Positions 52,444-60,463 of a DNA stretch of 64,000 bases are shown here, piece after piece (positions within the stretch are counted from its first letter, which is position 1; every line of letters starts with the position of its first letter). The position numbers and the translations under genes were made by a program. Source of the DNA: Candidatus Aminicenantes bacterium (GTDB taxonomy: Bacteria > Acidobacteriota > Aminicenantia > UBA2199); contig CAWHBG010000003.1 in NCBI GenBank assembly GCA_963827565.1, positions 124,530 to 188,529 on the forward strand, written 5' to 3'. A model generated the notes under the pieces. That model did no database searches and was not told the DNA's origin. It saw only the letters and a list, made by a program, of their open reading frames with translations.

Positions 52444-54395
52444 AAGATTCTCCTCAGTCTTAAAGCAAAATAATTTCTATTCCTTTGAGAATCGCTATAT
52501 TTATTTAAAATATATTCATAAAATAACTCAAGAATTATATTTCTGAAACTCCACTGAAATTTCGAAATCATACTATCTCTATCACGGAAATATGATTCAG
52601 TTTTATAATTAATGTGCCTGTAAATAACATTTAGATACATAGACGAAACAGGCTTGAAATTAATTGAACCATAATATGTGTCAAAATCTACAGAATATCC
52701 TGAAGTTTCATATTTAAGTCTGTTTATACTTGTATTGCCGGTTATTTTTATTTTATTTGTTATATTAAATCCTAAGGAGAGTCTTAAATTCCTCGAGAGA
52801 TATTTCGAAATATCCGAATTGTACTTCTCCAGATAATACTCACCATTAAAATTCCCCGAAGCAAATTTTATCCCGTAAAGACTCGTTGAGAAACTCTGGA
52901 AAGGTGAAACAATATAATCTGATGAAATATCATGATTTAGAGAGTTTAACTTAAAATATAAATAAAAATATTTAATAAAATTCATTTGTATATTCAGCTG
53001 ATTAGTCACACTTGTAAATTTATAATCAGGGAATGAAAGAAGTTCATATGAAATATGAACTCTCCCTCCCGGCGGTATTGCTCCTCCGGGAATTCTGAAA
53101 ATAGTTACCATAGACTCAAAAACCTCCACCTGATAATCTATCCCCTCCATGTATAAATAAGTAAAGTTGTTATCTGTGATATTAATACTGTCAGAACGGA
53201 CTCCAATGGTATTTAAAATAATTGAATCTGATATAGAGAAATTAATTGATTCGGAGACATACGACGAATCACTTTTTGAATTATAAGACCCGTTCTCCGC
53301 ATTATTCATATATATAATATTTATACTGCCGGATGGAATCTTTTTTCTGTACCTGAATTCTAAACCGTAAGAAAATGCTTTCAACTTTTGAAGAGTATAG
53401 CTTTCAAACCTTCCTCCCGAATTGATTTTTGTTTCAAGACTGTCAAATAGTCGATGATTAATTGAAAGTGAAATCAAATGTTTATCTCCTGTCCGGCCGG
53501 CATTATCGCTTTTTGTATATTTGTAAGAATTCAGGAAATAAAGATTGTTTTTCAAATAATGTTTTTGATAAATATCACCCCTGAACAATTCCTGATTTAT
53601 ATCACCGTCCATATTCCTGAATGAGAATAGAGCAAATACTGAATTATTCTTTTCTTTCCCATAAAACTTGCGGTAATCTGACATTATATTAAGGGATTTA
53701 TATTTTACATCAAAAATTCTTTCACTATAATCCCGTGCTTTAACTCTGACTATAGAAGTTCCTCCGGTCAGTTTTGACATATCGGTTTTTAGTTCTATGT
53801 TGTCAGTCAGTTCATCCCTTTCCATATAAGAAATAGATTCCGATTTAAAAATATTCCTGTAAACATCAATTTTAAAGGGTATTATCTTATTTGATGAAGC
53901 AAGTTTAAATCCGTATTTATTTGAATAGAGGAAAAACCTCTCTGAGAACCTTCTGTCAGCAGCTGCATAATCTTTTCGGGCATATAGCTCTAAATTTGTT
54001 GTTTTTCTTTTAAGGAACAATAAATTTATATTGTAATTATTGTTCAATGAATTATTTAAAGATTCATCTGAAAAAAAAATCGATTTTGTTTTATTTGCAA
54101 TTAAATTCAGATCAACATTGAACGTGAGTAAATTAGGATGGTATACACTCCCGTTAAAATTTAACGTTAAGCCGCCCTCAAGATAATTTCTGTTGACTTT
54201 GGAGAACAGATTATTGAAACTGGAATCTTCCTCAATGGTTTTTTGAAACTGAAAAACCAGAGCACCGCTTAAATCATTTAGAACAAAAAATTTGGAGCCT
54301 GAACCAGATCCGTTTAACACTCCTTCGGGATATAAATTTTGGCTGAATATAATTAATAGAGCACAAAAAATTATTATAAAACTTCTATTCTTCAA
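52440..54395 (-). CDS. Outer-membrane beta-barrel (porin-like) of the cytochrome operon
   Basis: Signal peptide, aromatic alternating strands, C-terminal YFALRLRRIF. Start set at TTG 54395, just past the upstream stop. Confidence 0.7.
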   Translation of the reverse strand: MKNRSFIIIFCALLIIFSQNLYPEGVLNGSGSGSKFFVLNDLSGALVFQFQKTIEEDSSFNNLFSKVNRNYLEGGLTLNFNGSVYHPNLLTFNVDLNLIANKTKSIFFSDESLNNSLNNNYNINLLFLKRKTTNLELYARKDYAAADRRFSERFFLYSNKYGFKLASSNKIIPFKIDVYRNIFKSESISYMERDELTDNIELKTDMSKLTGGTSIVRVKARDYSERIFDVKYKSLNIMSDYRKFYGKEKNNSVFALFSFRNMDGDINQELFRGDIYQKHYLKNNLYFLNSYKYTKSDNAGRTGDKHLISLSINHRLFDSLETKINSGGRFESYTLQKLKAFSYGLEFRYRKKIPSGSINIIYMNNAENGSYNSKSDSSYVSESINFSISDSIILNTIGVRSDSINITDNNFTYLYMEGIDYQVEVFESMVTIFRIPGGAIPPGGRVHISYELLSFPDYKFTSVTNQLNIQMNFIKYFYLYFKLNSLNHDISSDYIVSPFQSFSTSLYGIKFASGNFNGEYYLEKYNSDISKYLSRNLRLSLGFNITNKIKITGNTSINRLKYETSGYSVDFDTYYGSINFKPVSSMYLNVIYRHINYKTESYFRDRDSMISKFQWSFRNIILELFYEYILNKYSDSQRNRNYFALRLRRIF

Positions 54396-54396
54396 C

Positions 54397-55020
54397 TTAC
54401 TCAGCACCTTTTTTGCCTTGATTAAGATCAGACCTTTGTTTGTCACTTTGTTTATTAAGAAGAATATCAATATTACTTTCTTTCAGAAAAAATTTATTAC
54501 CGGAAACATGGGGCTCATGACAATCGAGACAATTATCGCCTTTGCAGGGTAGTACCTGGTTGGCAACAGGTGTCCTGTGGCATAGGTCACATAACTTCCT
54601 CCCCTCTTCCAGTAAAAGCTTCCTATGTTTTGATCTGTGTGGATCATGACAAACATTGCAGGCTTTTACTGCAACCGGCCCATGAACAAATCTTCCGGAA
54701 AATTTCTCCTTTTTATGGCATGTAAAACAAATTTCTTTCCGATCCGTTTTCAGGAAATTTGAAATAGTCCTGGAATGACATTTTGAACACTCTTTTGATT
54801 TGTAATACGGATGAATTGATTTAATTTGAACCATATTTTTCCTTCTGATCAATACATTTTCATTTTTTTTTATTTGAGGATTTTGAGTTTCCACTTTTCT
54901 GGAAGGAACCCCATCAAAAAAGACGGACAATAAATTTTTATTCTTTTCTACATTACATGAAATTATAAGCAGAAATGGTAATATAAAAAGCAAAATCAAT
55001 GATCTATTTTGTTTTTTCAT
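54397..55020 (-). CDS. Pentaheme c-type lipoprotein
   Basis: Lipobox LLIISC; CSKCH, CFTCH, CNVCH, CDLCH, CLDCH. Confidence 0.88.
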   Translation of the reverse strand: MKKQNRSLILLFILPFLLIISCNVEKNKNLLSVFFDGVPSRKVETQNPQIKKNENVLIRRKNMVQIKSIHPYYKSKECSKCHSRTISNFLKTDRKEICFTCHKKEKFSGRFVHGPVAVKACNVCHDPHRSKHRKLLLEEGRKLCDLCHRTPVANQVLPCKGDNCLDCHEPHVSGNKFFLKESNIDILLNKQSDKQRSDLNQGKKGAE

Positions 55021-56095
55021 ACTTTCCAAAAGCATATACATTAACTTTGTTTTGACCAAATTGAGATGTTACAAACAGCAGATATTCAGCTTTAAAATCA
55101 GGGGATATATATTTTTTAAAATATTTTATATTATCATAATCCAGACATATTGCAGCTGGCAGAACCACATTGTGCCTTTCAGTTCCTCGACCCAGCATAA
55201 AAAGCAATAATTTATGTTCTTTATTGAATATTTGAACATTCTCAAAAGCAGAATCCACCACTAATATTCTTCCATCTTTATCAACAGCAATTCCTTTAGG
55301 CCTTGTAAAATCTCCCGGCCTTTGTCCTATTTGTCCAAAACTGGATATATGTTTTCCGCTAATATCAAATATATTAACTCTGAAGTTTGTTGTATCTGAA
55401 ATGTATATTTTATCTTTAAAAATATCAAGATTTGACGGGTGATACAATTCATCTTCATTATGTCCGATAGACCCTATCCTTTTTTCGATCTCTCCTGTAC
55501 TTTTATTAATAACTAAAACCTGGTGACTCTTCAGATCTGTAATATAAATTTTACCTTGATAGATCAGAATATCTGCAGGGACATATTCATCTGTTTTTCC
55601 AAAAACAGTTTTTACTTTCCCTTCCAGATCAAAAACAACGATCTGTTTCCTCTGGGTATCTGTAACATATAAAAGACGGTCATCTTTATCAATAAATAAA
55701 TTTACAGGTTTTTTTAATCTGCCTGAACCGGTTACTCCCATATATCCAAAAGTCCTTTTTTTAAGGTTCATTACAATAACAGCATTTGATCTCAGGTCAC
55801 AGACATAGATCACTCCTTCAAAAATCCCTACCCCATAAGGTTTTTTTATAGGTAGAACTTTTAACTCTTTTTCCCCCGCTACAAATTTAAAAAGTGAGCT
55901 TTTCTGCTTAATATCACTTGAATCAGAAAAAGTTGTTAAATATTGGAAACGGGGTGTGTTAGGAAGGGGGGGATAAAATATAAAATCTTTTTCTGGTTCT
56001 ATCTGGGGACGTTTGACTCCACACCCCACAAATAATATCAATATTCCAAAGCATATAATAAATAATTTCAAACCTATTTGCTGTTTCAAGTTCAA
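55004..56095 (-). CDS. NHL-repeat beta-propeller lipoprotein
   Basis: Lipobox LFVGC; YPPLPNTPR; GQIGQRPGDFTRPKGIAVDKDGRILVVDSAFENVQIF. Confidence 0.88.
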   Translation of the reverse strand: MNLKQQIGLKLFIICFGILILFVGCGVKRPQIEPEKDFIFYPPLPNTPRFQYLTTFSDSSDIKQKSSLFKFVAGEKELKVLPIKKPYGVGIFEGVIYVCDLRSNAVIVMNLKKRTFGYMGVTGSGRLKKPVNLFIDKDDRLLYVTDTQRKQIVVFDLEGKVKTVFGKTDEYVPADILIYQGKIYITDLKSHQVLVINKSTGEIEKRIGSIGHNEDELYHPSNLDIFKDKIYISDTTNFRVNIFDISGKHISSFGQIGQRPGDFTRPKGIAVDKDGRILVVDSAFENVQIFNKEHKLLLFMLGRGTERHNVVLPAAICLDYDNIKYFKKYISPDFKAEYLLFVTSQFGQNKVNVYAFGKYEKTK

Positions 56096-56196
56096 ATCTC
56101 CTTAATACTTGTTATTATAGCTTATAAAAAATATAGCAAAAGCAAATCCAAAAGAAAACTATATAGGTAATACACATAAATTTTTTTAAATTTTAT

Positions 56197-56226
56197 AAAA
56201 AAAAACCCCTCCTGAGAGGGGTTTTT
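56197..56226 (-). terminator. Rho-independent terminator directly after the OmcE-like gene
   Basis: AAAAACCCCTC-ctga-GAGGGGTTTTT (56201-56226) with a T9 run on the minus strand. Confidence 0.85.
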
Positions 56227-56248
56227 ATTTGGTTTCAGCCCTTAAATT

Positions 56249-56866
56249 TTATTTGTCGTGACAGGTCAGACAGAGAGCACTATTTGCATTAGATTTGATC
56301 AGAAGATGGCCTGTAGGTCCAAGATCATTTCCATCATGAACATCATGACATGAAGCACATTCTAGGCTGTTTGAAAATAACATATCAGCTGCTATTGTAC
56401 CACCCAAACCTGAATTGGCTACTGAAGGATTATGAAGTTCCCCATCCGCAGTTGCAAGTGCAGTCGTATAATCAAATGAGATCGGATGATCATTGCTGAG
56501 ATCAGTGCCAAAAAGAGCACCACCGGTAATATTTTCAGTACCAGTTGCACCTCCAAAACTATCCAGAGCAACAGATCCGTCATGGCAACTCAGACAAAGA
56601 AGAGATACACCGGTAGGGGCCGTTGGTACAGCGTTCATAGTTCCGCCGGAAGGATATAAGGTGTAAGTAGATGTTGAGACTTCATGGTTCCATAAAGGTG
56701 CACCTGATACTGATGCATCACCGTTATGAGGCGTGTGGCATGGCAGACATATTTCCCCATTTGTGGTCCATGATTCGGCTGAGAAATCATGGCCGGTACC
56801 GGAAATTGCACTATAAACAAAAGCTGCCACAGCAAGTGAAAGTAAAATAAACAAGGCTTTTTTCAT
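56249..56866 (-). CDS. OmcE-like secreted tetraheme cytochrome c (candidate nanowire subunit)
   Basis: Signal peptide; GHDFS, EICLPCHTPHN, PLWN, YTLY, SLLCLSCHDG, GTDLSNDHP, LECASCHDVH, ALCLTCHDK-stop. Motif order matches G. sulfurreducens OmcE as recalled. AAGGAG RBS before ATG 56866. Confidence 0.82.
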   Translation of the reverse strand: MKKALFILLSLAVAAFVYSAISGTGHDFSAESWTTNGEICLPCHTPHNGDASVSGAPLWNHEVSTSTYTLYPSGGTMNAVPTAPTGVSLLCLSCHDGSVALDSFGGATGTENITGGALFGTDLSNDHPISFDYTTALATADGELHNPSVANSGLGGTIAADMLFSNSLECASCHDVHDGNDLGPTGHLLIKSNANSALCLTCHDK

Positions 56867-56893
56867 AAATAACTCCTTTACATTTAGTTTTAT

Positions 56894-56948
56894 ATGACAT
56901 TCCCATGACATACAGAAATAATATAGTCTGTATACTTAACCATGTCAA
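56894..56948 (-). promoter_or_regulatory. Sigma70 promoter plus shared operator for the OmcE-like operon
   Basis: -35 TTGACA (56943-48), 17 nt, -10 TATATT (56920-25); operator GTCATG-GGA-ATGTCAT (56894-56909). Confidence 0.75.
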
Positions 56949-57071
56949 TTTCATAAAGGTTTATTTTTAGTTTGATTTATTTTTTTTTATTATGCAACTT
57001 TAGTTGCAAAAACAAATATAATTATGGTAATACTATATAGGAAAACAATAGAAATTCAGCGAGGAAACCTT

Positions 57072-57821
57072 ATGACAAATAATTCTAAAAACATTCTGAG
57101 AGCAGTTAGTTTCATAGTAGCCTTATCTCTTATCCTTACTTTCGCAATTGGAACCCAAACCGTCAATGAGAAGAAAGAGGTTAAAATACACAAGGGAAAG
57201 TTGGTACAAAAGTTCAAGTCTGGCGGTTATACCTACCTCGAGTATGAATCTGAAGGGAAAAAACATTGGGCTGCATCTAAAATGGTCGTGGCAAATGTCG
57301 GTAATATAATTGAATTCAGAGATCCGTTGGTAATGAAAGATTTTTATTCCAAAACACTTAAAAAGAAATTTGAACTGATATATTTCGCCGGGCTTGTCAG
57401 GGCTTCAGGGGAGTCAGGCCAGTTCCCCATGAGATCGATGCAGAACATGCAGGGGCACAAAAAGATGAACACCGATAAAAAAGTGATAGTTGTTAAGCCC
57501 GGTTCCGTAAAAAAAGCAGATGACGGAATTACTATCGCCGAGTGCTTCAAAAACAGTAAGAATATTGAAGGGGAAGATATAACAATAAGGGCAATAGTAG
57601 TAAAAGTTTCCATGAAAATAAAAGGGAGAAATTGGGTGCATATCCGTGACGGAAGCGGGGAGAATGGGAGAAACGATATAACCTTTACTACTAAGGAGAC
57701 ACTCTCTCCCGGGGACCTAGTCGTGGTCAAAGGTAAATTAATTCTTAACAAAGATATCGGTTCCGGATATCTTTTCCCGGTATTCATGGAAGATCCGGAA
57801 ATAACAAAGGAGAACAAATAG
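57072..57821 (+). CDS. Exported protein with two OB-fold-like domains
   Basis: Signal peptide; SGGYTYLEY...WAA...DFYSKTL and VVKVS..IKGRNWVHIRDGSG...GD.VVVKG. Confidence 0.6.
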   Translation: MTNNSKNILRAVSFIVALSLILTFAIGTQTVNEKKEVKIHKGKLVQKFKSGGYTYLEYESEGKKHWAASKMVVANVGNIIEFRDPLVMKDFYSKTLKKKFELIYFAGLVRASGESGQFPMRSMQNMQGHKKMNTDKKVIVVKPGSVKKADDGITIAECFKNSKNIEGEDITIRAIVVKVSMKIKGRNWVHIRDGSGENGRNDITFTTKETLSPGDLVVVKGKLILNKDIGSGYLFPVFMEDPEITKENK

Positions 57822-58892
57822 TTGTCTCAAAAGAACATATCGACAATTCTTGTTATTGATAACATACTGAAAGGGCTGAGTGCATTTATCCCGCTTCTCA
57901 GAAATGATGAAGTGAAATTTCTCATCACTATTGATCCCGATGAGGCTCTGTCAATAATCAAAACTACCAATGTTGATGTTGTACTCATCTGCTCACACTT
58001 AGAAAAAAAAAGCGGTATGGTGACAGGAGAAACCATTATGGAAATGTCACCCGGCACCCGGGTCATCTTATTTACCGAATACCCCTCATTCGAGACTGCG
58101 ATCGAGGCCACTAAAAAGGGTTTCTTTTATTTCCTGGAAAAATCGACACCGATCGAAATAATAAGGGAAAAAGTTGCCGAGGCGATCCGGTGCGGTACCT
58201 CTTCAGGTAGCAAGCTGGCAGAACAAAAACAGAAAACCTGTTTAAGGTTCATTACCATCTGCAAACATTCACTCATAATTGATCAGATAAAGTTGATCTC
58301 AGATGAAAATATCTGCCTTGATTATTCCCGCAATTTCGATTCAATTATAGAAATTAGCAGGGCTGAATTCCATAAAGAAACCGATCTTGCGATGGTGTGC
58401 GCATCCTGCAGCTTTACAGATCTGGAAGCATCAATAATATCGATAAAACAATTGTACACACTTTTTCCTTTTATCAAGATAATAATTTTTAATGAAAATT
58501 ATACAGATACGGAAAAGGCAAAATTACTGAAATTGGGTGTAAAAGGTTTATTCGGAAGCGAGATGACATCAGCATTGATCCAGAAAGCCCTTCTGGTGAT
58601 CAGGGATGGCGGAATCTGGGCGGAAAGAAAAATACTTAATCTTGCTATTGAACCGGACATTGCCCAGATAAGTAAAATGCTTTCAGATTACAACGATTCC
58701 TACAACCTCTCCCTCAGGGAGAAGGAAATTCTACAGACATTGGTTCTCGGGATCAGGAACAAGGATATTGCGGACCGTCTCTACATTAGTGAAAAAACAG
58801 TTAAAACACACATAAACAGAATATTTAAAAAACTTGGCGTTGACTCCAGGGTAAAAGCGATCCTCAAGGCAAAAGAGGAAAAACTGGTCTGA
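57822..58892 (+). CDS. Atypical regulator: two receiver-like domains + LuxR HTH
   Basis: ILVIDN...DVVLIC...RVILFT...YFLEK; second domain DLAMVC...GVKGLF; LSLREKEILQTLVLGIRNKDIADRLYISEKTVKTHINRIFKKLGV. Confidence 0.85.
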   Translation: MSQKNISTILVIDNILKGLSAFIPLLRNDEVKFLITIDPDEALSIIKTTNVDVVLICSHLEKKSGMVTGETIMEMSPGTRVILFTEYPSFETAIEATKKGFFYFLEKSTPIEIIREKVAEAIRCGTSSGSKLAEQKQKTCLRFITICKHSLIIDQIKLISDENICLDYSRNFDSIIEISRAEFHKETDLAMVCASCSFTDLEASIISIKQLYTLFPFIKIIIFNENYTDTEKAKLLKLGVKGLFGSEMTSALIQKALLVIRDGGIWAERKILNLAIEPDIAQISKMLSDYNDSYNLSLREKEILQTLVLGIRNKDIADRLYISEKTVKTHINRIFKKLGVDSRVKAILKAKEEKLV

Positions 58893-58938
58893 GAAAAAAT
58901 AACACTTTTACTCAAATTCTGATAAAATCAGGTGATCA

Positions 58939-59541
58939 ATGAAAAAAAACTTTACTTTAATTGTAATAATTGTTTTTTTATTTGTTCTGGCAGGCTGCAG
59001 AACTCCTCAGATACATACAGTCCCGGAATTTGACGGGGACAAATACAACTCTGTCAGAATAAAGGTTAAAACAATTACAGAGACAGGAAAAGAAAATACA
59101 AAGATACTGCTTGGATACAATAATAGCGGGGACAGGCTTATTTTTCTCGGGCCGATGAATCAGGTCCTCTTTGAGATACTGGTCAAAGGGAATTATTCCA
59201 ATGTGATCATCCCGAAGAGGAAACAATACTGGGGAGGGGAGTTCAGAGATTTTTTGTTCAGATGGTGGAATATTGACCTCACTTATAACGAGATAAAAGC
59301 ACTTCTCCTCGAACAGCGTGTAAACAGAAAGAAATTAGAAAGGAACGGATTTCAGATGCAGATAATCGAATCCGAGAAAGAAAAATATCCGGTCATGATC
59401 AACCTCACAGGTTCGGAGGTCAGGCTTGAGTTCAGAATATACGAAATGAAGGAAAAATCCGGCAGGCTCATTCTTCAGAAAGAATTAAATAATTATTCCC
59501 AGGTTTCTCTCGATGAACTGATGAGGTCAGATCAGAAATAA
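58939..59541 (+). CDS. LolB-like/DUF4292 lipoprotein
   Basis: Lipobox VLAGC; occupies the lolB position directly upstream of ispE. Confidence 0.55.
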   Translation: MKKNFTLIVIIVFLFVLAGCRTPQIHTVPEFDGDKYNSVRIKVKTITETGKENTKILLGYNNSGDRLIFLGPMNQVLFEILVKGNYSNVIIPKRKQYWGGEFRDFLFRWWNIDLTYNEIKALLLEQRVNRKKLERNGFQMQIIESEKEKYPVMINLTGSEVRLEFRIYEMKEKSGRLILQKELNNYSQVSLDELMRSDQK

Positions 59542-59542
59542 A

Positions 59543-60463
59543 ATGGAATTCAGGTCTTATGCAAAGATCAATCTCGGACTGGAAATCACCGGGAAGAGAG
59601 ATGACGGCTACCATGAACTTAAAACTATCTTTCAGACCATTTCCCTCTTTGACCTGATAAAAATAGAAGAGAACACTGAAAGCAGAATCAATCTTTCCGG
59701 TGACAAAAAAGATATTTCCTGGGATAGCTCAAATACAATAATGAAAGCCTTTGAGCTAATGTATAAAAAATACAAACTTGCAAAAGGATTCGATGTTAAG
59801 GTCAGCAAAAAAATACCTGCCGGCTCCGGTCTGGGAGGCGGCAGCTCTAACGCTGCAGTTATTATGATGTTCATAAAGGACTATTTTGATCTGGACATTT
59901 CAATTGACGACATGATCTCTTTAGGCATAACAATAGGGGCTGATGTCCCTTTTTTCTTTTCAGGCGGAACAATGATCGGGGAAGGTATAGGTGAAATACT
60001 GACTCCGGCCGTCACTCCCGACAAAGGAAGTGTTGCAGTCTTAATGCCCGGTTTTCATATCTCAACAATAGATATTTTCTCCCGGTTTAACTTGACAAAA
60101 TCACCCTTAAAAAGTAAAATAGATTCCTTTTTAGGTTCTGGTGATATCTCTACATTGAAAAATGAGTTAGAATTCACAACTTTTAAAATATTTCCGGAAT
60201 TGGAAAGGATAAAAATAAAAATGGAAAGTTTAGGGTTAGATAAAGTATTAATGAGCGGAACCGGTTCGTCATTGTTCTGTTTCCCCACCGGGACCCAGAA
60301 GACTGCCCTTTTATCTGTCTTTCCGGATATATTTATTGGAGAGCTCCTGGATAAGCAAAACTATCAAAATAATATTGGGGCGTGGCCAAGCGGAAAGGCA
60401 TCGGTTTTTGGAGCCGACATTCGGAGGTTCGAATCCTCCCGCCCCAGGATAAAAAATGACTAA
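59543..60463 (+). CDS. ispE: 4-diphosphocytidyl-2-C-methyl-D-erythritol kinase; the frame reads through tRNA-Gln
   Basis: YAKINLGL, KKIPAGSGLGGGSSNAA, GADVPFF, LMSGTGS. Confidence 0.93.
   Translation: MEFRSYAKINLGLEITGKRDDGYHELKTIFQTISLFDLIKIEENTESRINLSGDKKDISWDSSNTIMKAFELMYKKYKLAKGFDVKVSKKIPAGSGLGGGSSNAAVIMMFIKDYFDLDISIDDMISLGITIGADVPFFFSGGTMIGEGIGEILTPAVTPDKGSVAVLMPGFHISTIDIFSRFNLTKSPLKSKIDSFLGSGDISTLKNELEFTTFKIFPELERIKIKMESLGLDKVLMSGTGSSLFCFPTGTQKTALLSVFPDIFIGELLDKQNYQNNIGAWPSGKASVFGADIRRFESSRPRIKND
60376..60447 (+). tRNA. tRNA-Gln(TTG)
   Basis: TGGGGCG/CGCCCCA acceptor stem; anticodon arm TCGGT-TTTTGGA-GCCGA; T loop TTCGAAT. Confidence 0.93.
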
